Shown piece after piece: positions 1 to 9,214 of a stretch of 64,000 nucleotides of DNA; position 1 is the stretch's first letter; each line of letters opens with the position of its first letter. Origin of the DNA: Candidatus Poseidoniaceae archaeon (GTDB lineage Archaea; Thermoplasmatota; Poseidoniia; Poseidoniales; Poseidoniaceae); assembly GCA_938030705.1 (NCBI GenBank), contig CALHIR010000005.1, positions 23,231 to 87,230 of the forward strand, given 5' to 3'. Below the pieces are notes generated by a model, which saw only the letters and a list, made by a program, of their open reading frames with translations, was not told the DNA's origin and did not search any database. Both the position numbers and the translations under genes were made by a program.

Positions 1-2
1 GT

Positions 3-1904
3 GTTGATGGAGAGAAATTGGTCAACATTTTCCTCAAGCGACTGGCCGAACGTGGTGTCGAGGTCTCCGCAGAGCAGTTCTCGTCCATTACCGAACCACT
101 GGCAAATATTTACGCCATACCCGACCATTTGCATGCCTTGTGTAACATGCTGGGAGATGGCTTGGTGCCTTCGAACGCCAAGGCCGGATACTTGGCTCGT
201 ATGCTGGCACGCCGTGTGTTGCGAATGCGGGATGAACTGGACATTCAGGTGCCGCTCACGGAATTGGCAACGCACCACCTCGATGTCAATTTGGGCGGCC
301 AACTCAACAAGCAAACACGAGACGGCCTTCTCACGATTCTCGCTCTTGAAGAAGAGCGATATATCGAAATGCTACGGAAGGGCACGAACGTCATCCAAAC
401 ACAACTCAAATCCTTGCCAAAAGAGGCCACTGAAATCCCAGATGGTCATTTGTTCACCATGAATGACTCCCACGGTTTGGCGCCCGACATGGTCATCACC
501 TTGGCGAGGCATGCTGGATGGAACAGCGTCACCCTTCGGACGGGTTTTTCAGCGGAAATGGCCGAACGTCATGCTCGCATGGCGAAAGAAGCAGCAACGG
601 CCAACAGCGGTGGGGGTCATGTCCTTGACGTCGCAGGGTATCCGGCGACCACCCCACTCTACTACGAATCTGTTTACCTGCCCACCTTTGAGGCCAACGT
701 GCTTGGCTGTCAATCGGCAGAAGGCCTCGGGCCAGAGGGGGCCACGCACGCTGTTGTGTTGGATGCGACCTTGTTTTACCCAGAAGGCGGGGGCCAAGAA
801 GGGGACCGTGGTCGTCTCCAACAAAACAACGTCGGTGTCGATGTTCTCGATACTCAGAAGATTGGCGATGTCATCGTCCATTTCACCAACGGTCCCTTGG
901 ACGGTTCTCCTAACATCGAAGGTCATTTGGATTGGAAGCGACGAAAGCAATTGATGGATCACCACACTGCCGTTCACATCGTGGGTGGCGCAGCACGACG
1001 CCTCCTCGGACCGCACATCTTCCAAGCCGGTTCGCATTTGACGGTTGAAAGCGGCCGCTTGGACATCACCCATTACCATCGCTTGAACCGAGCCGACCTT
1101 GATGCCATGGAAGACATGGCCAACGAAGTACTCAGCGACGTACGTGCCACGGAAAAATCTGAATTAAACCGTCGAGATGCCGACATGGTTCACGGTTTTG
1201 ACCTGTATCAAGGCGGTGCACCGAAAGGAGATTCCATCCGGATCTTGAAAATTGCCGAACACGATATCCAAGCATGCGGAGGCACGCATCACGATGAACC
1301 TGGACAAATTGGTTCCATTCGGATTGTTCGCTCGTCTGCCGTTCAGGACGGTGTTGAGCGACTTCACATCGTCGCTGGCGAAGCGGCGTTGGCCTATGCC
1401 CGTTCTCAAGACGAATTGGTTCGGTTGTCAAGTGAGGTATTCGGTGTCCACGGGGACGATCTTCCAAAAGCAGCGGCTCGCTTCTTCAAAGAGTGGAAAG
1501 AACAACGAAAGTTGATTGAACACTTGGAATCAGAAATCGTTCGCTTGCGAACCTCCGGTGGTGGAGATGCTACGACCGACGTTGATGGAGTCCGTGTTGT
1601 CGTGATGGAAATCGATGGTGATCTAAAATCCATGACCACGATGCTCAAAGAACTGACCCTTGATGCTGCCCAACCAACCTTGGCAGTTCTTGGATCAAAA
1701 GATGGCGGTGGAAAACTGATGATCGGCGTGACCGAAAACACCCTCGCCAGTGAGCGGTACAACGCTGTCGACCTTCTTCGAAGCATCTCATCTCACATCC
1801 GTGGTGGGGGTGGCGGTCGTCCGACCTTCGCTCAAGGTGGTGGTTCGTACGCTGAAGGATTGGGCGACGCGCTCGATGCGGCGCGAGAACAGTTAGGTCT
1901 GTGA
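3..1904 (+). CDS. alaS: Alanyl-tRNA synthetase, C-terminal ~630 aa (5' end lies upstream of the window)
   Basis: The frame is open from nt 3, with no stop before the listed M at 18. It has the editing-domain metal motifs HHTAVH and CGGTHH and a Gly-rich DHHA1-like C-terminus (GGGGGRPTFAQGGG). Confidence 0.9.
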   Translation, partial: VDGEKLVNIFLKRLAERGVEVSAEQFSSITEPLANIYAIPDHLHALCNMLGDGLVPSNAKAGYLARMLARRVLRMRDELDIQVPLTELATHHLDVNLGGQLNKQTRDGLLTILALEEERYIEMLRKGTNVIQTQLKSLPKEATEIPDGHLFTMNDSHGLAPDMVITLARHAGWNSVTLRTGFSAEMAERHARMAKEAATANSGGGHVLDVAGYPATTPLYYESVYLPTFEANVLGCQSAEGLGPEGATHAVVLDATLFYPEGGGQEGDRGRLQQNNVGVDVLDTQKIGDVIVHFTNGPLDGSPNIEGHLDWKRRKQLMDHHTAVHIVGGAARRLLGPHIFQAGSHLTVESGRLDITHYHRLNRADLDAMEDMANEVLSDVRATEKSELNRRDADMVHGFDLYQGGAPKGDSIRILKIAEHDIQACGGTHHDEPGQIGSIRIVRSSAVQDGVERLHIVAGEAALAYARSQDELVRLSSEVFGVHGDDLPKAAARFFKEWKEQRKLIEHLESEIVRLRTSGGGDATTDVDGVRVVVMEIDGDLKSMTTMLKELTLDAAQPTLAVLGSKDGGGKLMIGVTENTLASERYNAVDLLRSISSHIRGGGGGRPTFAQGGGSYAEGLGDALDAAREQLGL

Positions 1905-2666
1905 TCAAAGCAAACTCCGAAGGGCTTCTCGGTCAAAATGCGATACAGCTTGTTCAAAGGCTTGCTGCGCGGGGAACCAAGCCGCTTCTGAAATCTCTTC
2001 TGTTTGGAGGGTCAGTTCGTCCACTTCTCCATTCCAAGTTGCTCGGTAGGTGAACGATACAAAGGAGATGCCTTCGTCGTTGAACACTCGCTGAGTAATG
2101 ACGGGCTCAACATCATCGAGCACGATGGTCAGGCCGAGTTCCTCCTGCGTTTCTCGCACACAACCGACCGTCGGGTGTTCGTTGTGGTCCATGTAGCCCC
2201 CGGGGAGGGTCCAAAAACCACGGAAATGACCTCGCTCTACCTTGCCCATCAAGACCTGACCGCCATCGTTGCACACCATCACTTTGGATACCAAGCGGTG
2301 CAGGGAACGGTAAATGGCACCTCGCACCACTGGGTGAACCCCGTTGTCAGATGCACACTGGTCTTTCCAAGCCCAATCCCTCGGCCATTCGACCTTTGGG
2401 TAGGCCTTGACGACGGTGTAGGTGATGCCGGTATAACGGAGGACCAAAGTCTCCTTTTCAATGAAGTCGAGGTCCATCTCTTGGAGTTCTTGTTTCGTCG
2501 GAAAGCGAAAGGTCTCTTCGGAGGTCATGCGCCCCTCGACGGGTTGTTGGGGGCCGTCTCCTTTTTCATTCACCAAGAAGACCTTTCCGTCGTGTTCAAG
2601 ATAAACCACTTCGGAGGGGTGCATGTCCTGTCCAACCTGTTGTGCGTCATGAATACTCGCTTCCAC
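1905..2666 (-). CDS. Nudix hydrolase with an N-terminal extension
   Basis: Canonical Nudix box GX5EX7REUXEEXGU is visible as GGYMDHNEHPTVGCVRETQEELGL. It is convergent with alaS and abuts it. Confidence 0.8.
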   Translation of the reverse strand: MEASIHDAQQVGQDMHPSEVVYLEHDGKVFLVNEKGDGPQQPVEGRMTSEETFRFPTKQELQEMDLDFIEKETLVLRYTGITYTVVKAYPKVEWPRDWAWKDQCASDNGVHPVVRGAIYRSLHRLVSKVMVCNDGGQVLMGKVERGHFRGFWTLPGGYMDHNEHPTVGCVRETQEELGLTIVLDDVEPVITQRVFNDEGISFVSFTYRATWNGEVDELTLQTEEISEAAWFPAQQAFEQAVSHFDREALRSLL

Positions 2667-2718
2667 TCATCGTCACCGTTCGTCAACCTTCAAAGCGGTC
2701 CGCTGTTTCGGCTCAACC

Positions 2719-3429
2719 ATGCGCTTTGAACAATTGAACGAAGGTGTTTGGGCCATGACGTACCTCATCGTGGATGAAGACACAAAGGAAGCCGCCCTTG
2801 TGGATCCAGTATTTGATTTCATGGAGAACTACACTTCGCTGCTCCAAGAGCAAGAATTGACCCTCGTCTATGCCATTGCCACCCACACACATGCCGACCA
2901 CATCACGGCATGCTTCAGTTTGCGCGAACAACTGGGCTGCGAATACGTGATGTCAAACGAAACGGCAAGTCTCGGTGTCTCCATGCACGTTGACGATGAA
3001 GAGAAGATCATGCTGGGATCGATTCCTATCCAATTCCATGCCGCCCCCGGCCACACCAACGATTCAATGATCGTTCATGTGCCCGGCTACATGATGACCG
3101 GAGATTTCCTCTTCAACGGCGAGGGTGGCGTGGGCCGAGATGACCTGCCAAGCGGGCGTGTTCATGTTCACTGGGACGCCCTATCTGTTCTGGATCGTTT
3201 CCAGGGGCACACCGTGGTGTGTTCCGGACATGACCCACCCGGCACGACCATGATGTCGTTGGATTGGAATCGAGAAAACAATCCCATCCTCTCAATGACG
3301 TCTTTCGAGGCTTTCCGCTCTTGGCAAGAAGCCACGGCGGCTAAGTTGGGCGGTGTTTCAAAAATTAAGACCGCCATACCTGCCAATCTTTTTGGCGAAC
3401 TCCCCGAATCGATACCCTGGCTTGAGTGA
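2719..3429 (+). CDS. Metallo-beta-lactamase fold hydrolase (glyoxalase II-like)
   Basis: HxHxDH motif (ATHTHADH), with downstream His/Asp ligands (HAAPGHT, SGHD). Confidence 0.8.
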   Translation: MRFEQLNEGVWAMTYLIVDEDTKEAALVDPVFDFMENYTSLLQEQELTLVYAIATHTHADHITACFSLREQLGCEYVMSNETASLGVSMHVDDEEKIMLGSIPIQFHAAPGHTNDSMIVHVPGYMMTGDFLFNGEGGVGRDDLPSGRVHVHWDALSVLDRFQGHTVVCSGHDPPGTTMMSLDWNRENNPILSMTSFEAFRSWQEATAAKLGGVSKIKTAIPANLFGELPESIPWLE

Positions 3430-3431
3430 AT

Positions 3432-4586
3432 TCATTTCTTGAGTGGGTTTTTGGGAGCCTTGGTGTCTTTTGGGACGGTGGGTAGGTTTTGCAATTCGTC
3501 AAACGTCATCTGCTGATGATTGGCTGAATCAAAGGCCGATAAACGTTCGTCCATGCCCATTCTGACGGTGAAGTCAATGCGTCCCTTGGAACGCGTCAGG
3601 TCGTAAGAGAGGGGTTTGAGATATTCGATGACTTGTGCCTCAAAGTCATGGCGAACCCGTTCTCCTCGCCAGGATGAATACCCCCACCGGTAGGAAATTC
3701 CAACGATGGCTGCGCCGTAAAGAAGCGTCAAAACAACCGTGGCGAAAAGAACAGGGTTGCCCCCGACATCTCTTGACTCCTCGAGGAGATTTCGGCCAAG
3801 CAGGAAGAGCAGACCGATACCAACCACTGGATTGAGCACGCCTTCAAGCCATTGGTTGACCGGAACAAGTCGCCCTTTGGCAGGGTCAACGAAGACCAAG
3901 TCTGCTTCGAAAGCCGTGTTCAACACGGACAGGACCGAAAGAAGTACCATGTAGAGGAAGGAGGAAACAATGAGTTCAACGACCAACGAATCAAGGTTCA
4001 ACACCCAGTGAACGATAAGCCACGCAAAGAGGCCCAAAAAGGCGGCCTGTGGTACATAATTGAAGTGTTCAATGTGTTGAGAAAATTCCGTGAGCGACTT
4101 GCGTTGTTCACGGGTTCCCCGATGTGGTTTTGGAATGTGAATCACCTGCCAGTGCATCAGCCGTTCAATCGTTTTGAGGCTCCAAATCAGAAGTCTTTGA
4201 CGAATGAGGAGGTACTCCATGAAGAGCATGAATGGAAAGCCAATCAACACCAACGGCAGGGCCATGATGGCTGAAAGGGGCAAGATGAGCAAGGCGGGCA
4301 GCAGGAGAAAATGAGAGAGCGTCAGTGGATGAAGCATTTCGGCTTCGATGAGACGTTGTTTCGTTGGTGGAATGCGCAGGTTTCGGGCAATGTCATCCAG
4401 TGTTTGTGAAAACGAGGCCACTTGATGGCCGGAGTCCAGAATTTGCCTGACGACGGTCCGGTATTCTGAGACCTCGTGTCCAACCCCCACCCAAAACTGC
4501 CACGCAAGCCTCATTGGAAGGGCCAGAAGGAGCGGGAGGGCTAAGATTCCCGCACCCCAGAGAAGCTCTTGAATTTCCGACTCCAC
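3432..4586 (-). CDS. Polytopic membrane protein, function unknown
   Basis: Long uninterrupted ORF with several hydrophobic spans (LLWGAGILALPLLLALP, LLLPALLILPLSAIMALPLVLIGFPFMLF, LGLFAWLIVHWVL and others). I recognise no family motif. Confidence 0.5.
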   Translation of the reverse strand: MESEIQELLWGAGILALPLLLALPMRLAWQFWVGVGHEVSEYRTVVRQILDSGHQVASFSQTLDDIARNLRIPPTKQRLIEAEMLHPLTLSHFLLLPALLILPLSAIMALPLVLIGFPFMLFMEYLLIRQRLLIWSLKTIERLMHWQVIHIPKPHRGTREQRKSLTEFSQHIEHFNYVPQAAFLGLFAWLIVHWVLNLDSLVVELIVSSFLYMVLLSVLSVLNTAFEADLVFVDPAKGRLVPVNQWLEGVLNPVVGIGLLFLLGRNLLEESRDVGGNPVLFATVVLTLLYGAAIVGISYRWGYSSWRGERVRHDFEAQVIEYLKPLSYDLTRSKGRIDFTVRMGMDERLSAFDSANHQQMTFDELQNLPTVPKDTKAPKNPLKK

Positions 4587-4687
4587 GGTGCTTCCTCATC
4601 ACCCCCCACTTGCTTGGGGTTGTTGAAAACAACGGTCTCTGACAGGTCAATCCGAATGTTCTAACGCCGTCGTGTCCTCAACCGTCC

Positions 4688-5671
4688 ATGGCCAGAATTG
4701 CCGTCACCGACGGAATGGACAAAAAGGCGGTTTCACGCCTTCAAAAAGCAGGCCATGAGGTGGTCGTAGCCTCCATTGAAAAAGCCGAGCTTGCCGGTGG
4801 TGCGCTCCAATCGTTTGACGCCATCATCGTCAGAAGTGCCACGAAACTGACCAAAGAGGTGTTGAACGCCTCGGGAGAACGACTGAAAGTGATTGGACGG
4901 GCTGGCGTTGGTGTTGACAACATCGATCTCGAGACGGCCGGCTCCCTCGGCATCAAAGTGGTGAATGCGCCTCGGGCCAGCACCCAGTCAGTGGTGGAAC
5001 TGACCCTTGCTCACTTGTTGGCCTCCATCCGTCATTTGCCACGAGCAGACCGTAGCCTTCGGAATGGCCAATGGGAGAAGAAAGCCATGAAAGGATCAGA
5101 ACTTTCTGGAAAAGCCCTCGGCCTCATTGGTTTTGGGCGCATTGCTCAATCGGTCGGACGCGTCGCCCAAGCCTTGGGTATGGAAATTCACGCCTATGAC
5201 CCTTATCTCCCGCCCAAAGTGGCCAAATCTCAGGGGACGCGCCTCCACAAAACCCTCGAGTCATTGTTCTCCAATTGCACCCATATTTCCATTCACTGCA
5301 ATTTGACCGAGGAGACCTATCACCTCGTCAACGCCCAACGGCTTGCCTCCATGCCTCACATCGGAAAAGACGGTTCTCGGTGCGGCAGCCATATCGTCAA
5401 TTGTGCACGGGGGGGCATCGTGGATGAAGACGCTGTTCTTCAAGCTCTGGAATCCGGCACCCTCACTTCTGCAGCGCTCGATGTTTTTGAAAACGAACCG
5501 GTCGACCCGAATCACCCGCTTCTTCAGATGGAATTTTTCCACGGTACGCCTCACATCGGGGCTTCGACGGTTGAAGCTCAAGGGCGTGTCGGCATGGACA
5601 TTGCCACCAACGTGATGGATGCGCTTGACGGTCGTCCTTGTGATTTTGTTGTCAACAAAGCCTTCCTCTAG
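4688..5671 (+). CDS. serA: D-isomer-specific 2-hydroxyacid dehydrogenase, D-3-phosphoglycerate dehydrogenase-like (no ACT domain)
   Basis: IGRAGVGVDNIDLETAGSLGIKVVNAP, the NAD-binding GLIGFGRIAQSVG, and the catalytic-region pattern ARGGIVDE...HIGAST. The symbol is tentative. Confidence 0.75.
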   Translation: MARIAVTDGMDKKAVSRLQKAGHEVVVASIEKAELAGGALQSFDAIIVRSATKLTKEVLNASGERLKVIGRAGVGVDNIDLETAGSLGIKVVNAPRASTQSVVELTLAHLLASIRHLPRADRSLRNGQWEKKAMKGSELSGKALGLIGFGRIAQSVGRVAQALGMEIHAYDPYLPPKVAKSQGTRLHKTLESLFSNCTHISIHCNLTEETYHLVNAQRLASMPHIGKDGSRCGSHIVNCARGGIVDEDAVLQALESGTLTSAALDVFENEPVDPNHPLLQMEFFHGTPHIGASTVEAQGRVGMDIATNVMDALDGRPCDFVVNKAFL

Positions 5672-5735
5672 CACTTTCACTTTCAATAAATGGGTCTGCA
5701 ATAAGCATCTCTTTCTTCTTCGGGCTCGTAGAGGT

Positions 5736-6005
5736 ATGGGTCGGAGTGTGCCACCATGGCGAACACGAGTGGAGAATGAATTACAACATTTGACGCCTTA
5801 TCGTCGTGCTCTTTCGTCCGTTGATCAGGCGGCTTTCGATGCGCTTTTGGATGCGGTACGTGAGCGCCGTGCAGCGGGGGGGATGCTTCCCGCAGTGAAC
5901 ACTTGGCAACCCACCGTACTCAGCATGATGGTCGGGCTGATGGGGCAACTCCAACAACTCTCGGACCGAATCCAGACGCTTGAGGAACGGCATCGTCATG
6001 ATTGA
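5736..6005 (+). CDS. Small hypothetical protein (89 aa) translationally coupled to polB
   Basis: The first ATG after the serA stop is at 5736. The TGA at 6003-6005 overlaps the polB ATG at 5998 (ATGATTGA). The predicted product is helical (…LQQLSDRIQTLEERHRHD). No family recognised. Confidence 0.4.
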   Translation: MGRSVPPWRTRVENELQHLTPYRRALSSVDQAAFDALLDAVRERRAAGGMLPAVNTWQPTVLSMMVGLMGQLQQLSDRIQTLEERHRHD

Positions 6006-8451
6006 GGGGTGGTTGTTGGACGTTCACGAGAACGAGACAAACTCCGGCATGGTGGCGTGGATTGTTGATGACCAAGGAGAAGCACATGGCTGTGTTCTTC
6101 CTTGGCAACCCTTGATTCATGTTCACGCCTCGCACCGCTCGCTTGACCGTTTAGAACACTGGTTGAATCAACCTGAATTACGTCAGCGGTTTAGCATCGG
6201 CACCATCCTCCCCACGAGGGCACGTTTAGATTTGGAGGCCGAAGACCAAGTCGATGTTCTCTCCATCGCTCTACGTTCCTACCGGCATGTACGTGCACTT
6301 GCGGAACACATTGAGGCGAGGGGTGATTTTCATCGGTTCAAACTCTATTCGGTCGATGCCCATCTGGCTCAACGGTTTCTAAATGAACACGGTTGCATGC
6401 CGTTTCAACGGGTCCGATGGTGTGCCTCTGACCCAACTCGTCTTGAAGCGTTGAACGATTCATCGGCGAAGAGCGATGTGTACCCCCCGTTTCATGTGGT
6501 TCGTCTGACCGTAGAATTCACCTCAGGCGAAGGGTTTCCCTCACAAGGCGATACCGTTGAACGTATTTGCTTAAACACGGTTCAGGAACCCGGTCTTTCC
6601 CCTCCGCGAAGGGTTGTTTCGCACGCATTTGAGCGCAGTAAATTTCCATCGCTCTCCGTCATGCTCAATGCCTTTCAAACGATCATTGCCTCCATCGATC
6701 CGGATGTTGTGCTGACCGCAGGAGGCGACCAGCGTTGGTTTCCATGGCTCATTGAACAGGCCGAGGTGCACAACACACCGATTGTCCTTGGGCGAACCGC
6801 TGAGCATCTTCAACAGTCCACCGGTCAACGCACCGTTCATTCCTATGGGCAAACACGGCATCGGCACGGGGCTTTCTTTCTCAAAGGGCGTCTCCATCTT
6901 GACGTGAAGAACAGTTTCATCGTCAACGAAGGTGGTCTTGCCGGTCTGTTTGAACTGGCGCAGCATTCGCGACAATCAGCCCAGATCATCTCTCGTCTTT
7001 CCCCGGGCTCGGTCATCAGTGCAATACAGATGCGGGTGGCTATGGATGATGGGGTCTTGGTGCCCTGGAAGAAAAACCGTCCCGAGGACACCAAATCGGC
7101 GCTGGACCTCCTCCATGCCGACCGGGGAGGGTTGTACCTTGACAGTCGCCCCGGCGTGCATGCATCTGTTCTTGAACTCGATTTTGCGAGTCTCTTTCCA
7201 AGCATCATCGCCACACGCAACATCTCACCTGAGACGCTGAATTGTTCCTGCTGTCAAACGCTTCCTTCGAACATCGCTCGCGGCGTGGTGCCCTTGCATC
7301 CTCGTGAAGCGGCAGAAGAATTTCGCAAGCGTACAGTAGTGTCAAGATTCGGGCACGGGCTTTTCCCACTCGCCAATGAAAAGGCCCTTCCCGTGCCGGG
7401 TCTCAACATGCACACATGCGGACGAACGCACGGGTTTCTCGGGCGAGTGGTGGCGCCGATCATCGAGCGGCGACGGGCATTGAAACGTCTACGTCAGCAC
7501 AAAGGCGATGCCTACGATTTGCGGCAGAATGCACTGAAGTGGCTGCTGGTGACGTGCTTTGGGTACACGGGCTATCGTAATGCCCGCTTTGGTCGCATCG
7601 AAGCCCATGAAGCCATTTGTGCGTGGTCTCGTGATCTGCTGTTGACAACGATTGAAGCGGCTCAAAAGGAGGGCTGGGACGTGCTTCATGCCATCGTTGA
7701 TTGTGTCTGGCTCTCGGACACCAAGGGGCGCTCATCTGAACAGCAGCGTGCAGAGGCCGAAGATTTTGCCCAACGCCTGTCTGAACAGGTTGGTATTCCA
7801 CTTGAGTTCGAAGCGCATTATGACTTCATTGCGTTCCTTCCAAGTCGGATGCACGGTTCGGGTTCGCTCACCAAGTATTGGGCTTACACAGGTGAAGAAT
7901 TCAAGGTTCGAGGCATTGAACTTCGTCAACATTCCACGCCCCGTTGGGTCAGGGATTTACAACAGAGCGGGTTGGAATTACTGGCCGAAGGAGACCGTGT
8001 TCAGGGGCTCCCTTCTCCCGCAACCCAACGGGCGGTACTGATGCACTATCGGCGTGAACTTCAGCGATTGGAGGCTGGTGAGGTTCCACTTTCTTCCCTT
8101 GTGATCACGCGCAGAACCTCCAAAGACGCAGCGAGTTATCGTGTGAAGAACCTGACTTACGGAGCACTCATGCGAGCGCATGAACGTGGTTATGTTGTTC
8201 CACCTGGCGGGAAAGTGCGGTATGTCGTCGTGGACAGTTCGTCCACCGAACCGCTGCAACGGGTTCGCTTGGCGGAGGAAATCGAGGCCTGCGAACCTTT
8301 GTTTTCCGGATGTCCGATTCACTATGCTGAACTCGCTGAACGGGCGATTTGGGCTCTTCTCGCGCCGTTTGGGTGGACCACTGAACAGATTCGCCTCGAC
8401 GGCCGACAACCGAGCCTTCTGGAGTTTACTCGTCTTGATGCTGCAGGGTGA
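5998..8451 (+). CDS. polB: Family B DNA polymerase with unrecognisable 3'-5' exonuclease motifs (PolB2-like)
   Basis: Pol motif A is LDFASLFPSII. Motif B is KWLLVTCFGYTGY. Motif C reads VLHAIVDCVWL at the position of YxDTDS. KxY region is LTKYWAY. The expected Exo I/II/III positions read RLTVEF, GGDQRWFPWL and AQHSRQS. The track ORF starts at a TTG at 5980; the ATG at 5998 is preferred. Confidence 0.85.
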   Translation: MIEGWLLDVHENETNSGMVAWIVDDQGEAHGCVLPWQPLIHVHASHRSLDRLEHWLNQPELRQRFSIGTILPTRARLDLEAEDQVDVLSIALRSYRHVRALAEHIEARGDFHRFKLYSVDAHLAQRFLNEHGCMPFQRVRWCASDPTRLEALNDSSAKSDVYPPFHVVRLTVEFTSGEGFPSQGDTVERICLNTVQEPGLSPPRRVVSHAFERSKFPSLSVMLNAFQTIIASIDPDVVLTAGGDQRWFPWLIEQAEVHNTPIVLGRTAEHLQQSTGQRTVHSYGQTRHRHGAFFLKGRLHLDVKNSFIVNEGGLAGLFELAQHSRQSAQIISRLSPGSVISAIQMRVAMDDGVLVPWKKNRPEDTKSALDLLHADRGGLYLDSRPGVHASVLELDFASLFPSIIATRNISPETLNCSCCQTLPSNIARGVVPLHPREAAEEFRKRTVVSRFGHGLFPLANEKALPVPGLNMHTCGRTHGFLGRVVAPIIERRRALKRLRQHKGDAYDLRQNALKWLLVTCFGYTGYRNARFGRIEAHEAICAWSRDLLLTTIEAAQKEGWDVLHAIVDCVWLSDTKGRSSEQQRAEAEDFAQRLSEQVGIPLEFEAHYDFIAFLPSRMHGSGSLTKYWAYTGEEFKVRGIELRQHSTPRWVRDLQQSGLELLAEGDRVQGLPSPATQRAVLMHYRRELQRLEAGEVPLSSLVITRRTSKDAASYRVKNLTYGALMRAHERGYVVPPGGKVRYVVVDSSSTEPLQRVRLAEEIEACEPLFSGCPIHYAELAERAIWALLAPFGWTTEQIRLDGRQPSLLEFTRLDAAG

Positions 8452-9211
8452 GGATACCCAATGATGGATTTCCTCCCCTCCGATTGAATGTCCGCTCTGT
8501 GAGGCGGAAACGAGTTTGTGATATGTTCTCAAAAGGACGCCAATGCCCATGAAGACCTGACCGACGATGGAGAAGATGCAGCCTCCTCCTTTGCCGCCTT
8601 CCAGTCCACCTTCCCTCCAGATGGTTTTGAGCGTGGCGATGCAGGTGTTGAAGCAATCGGGCGTCGGTGTGCTGTGAACGGAAGGTGCCCGTGATGGCGA
8701 TGACAGCAACGTGTTGCTGCTCAGCCAGCTGACGCAAAATACGAACATGTCTTCGCAACAAGGTTCTCGATTCAATCGTTGAAACAGCATCATCACCGTG
8801 CATGGCAAGCAGACCGTCAACCACGATCATGGGTGCGCGTGTGATGGCGAGTTCGTGCGGTAATCGTTCGATTTGCCGATCCAATTGATGAAGCGTGAAG
8901 CCCCTGCTCAAGTACAATCGTGAGAGGCAGTGTTCCACATCCGCGCCCAGCGCTTCCAAACCGGGAATAAAACGTGAAGGGTCAATCCGACAAGCCCCAT
9001 CCACCCAGTGGACCACTTCGCCTTGTGCCAACGCATGAACAACCCAATGTTCGGCAACGCACCGCATGCTTTTACCCGCACGCCCTGGTCCACTCAGGTG
9101 GTAGAGTTGACCTCGTACGGGCTGAAGAGCGCTCGGGTCAATGCCCTGACGTCGTTGAATCACACCCGTGTCGGGCTGCGTGGTTGTTCCTTGGTGCTGC
9201 ATGCGAATCAT
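8426..9211 (-). CDS. RecA-superfamily ATPase (RadB/ImuA-like) with an Arg/His-rich C-terminal tail
   Basis: Walker A GPGRAGKS and Walker B-like MIVVDGL. A Rad51/RadB-like segment LYLSRGFTLHQL follows the Walker A region. Start chosen at the ATG at 9211 (MIRMQHQG); the longer track ORF (to 9364) would run into dinB. The 3' end overlaps polB by 26 nt. Confidence 0.65.
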   Translation of the reverse strand: MIRMQHQGTTTQPDTGVIQRRQGIDPSALQPVRGQLYHLSGPGRAGKSMRCVAEHWVVHALAQGEVVHWVDGACRIDPSRFIPGLEALGADVEHCLSRLYLSRGFTLHQLDRQIERLPHELAITRAPMIVVDGLLAMHGDDAVSTIESRTLLRRHVRILRQLAEQQHVAVIAITGTFRSQHTDARLLQHLHRHAQNHLEGRWTGRRQRRRLHLLHRRSGLHGHWRPFENISQTRFRLTERTFNRRGGNPSLGILTLQHQDE

Positions 9212-9214
9212 TGA

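Noticed and set aside
1-462. Frame-1 ORF of 153 aa at the window start
   Set aside because: It overlaps alaS in another frame. It is Cys/Trp/Ser-rich with no motif, whereas the alaS frame carries clear synthetase motifs.
7978-8820. 280-aa minus-strand ORF spanning the polB 3' end and the RecA-like gene
   Set aside because: It is out of frame with the Walker A/B-bearing ORF and antisense to polB. It is Ser/Cys-rich with no motif.
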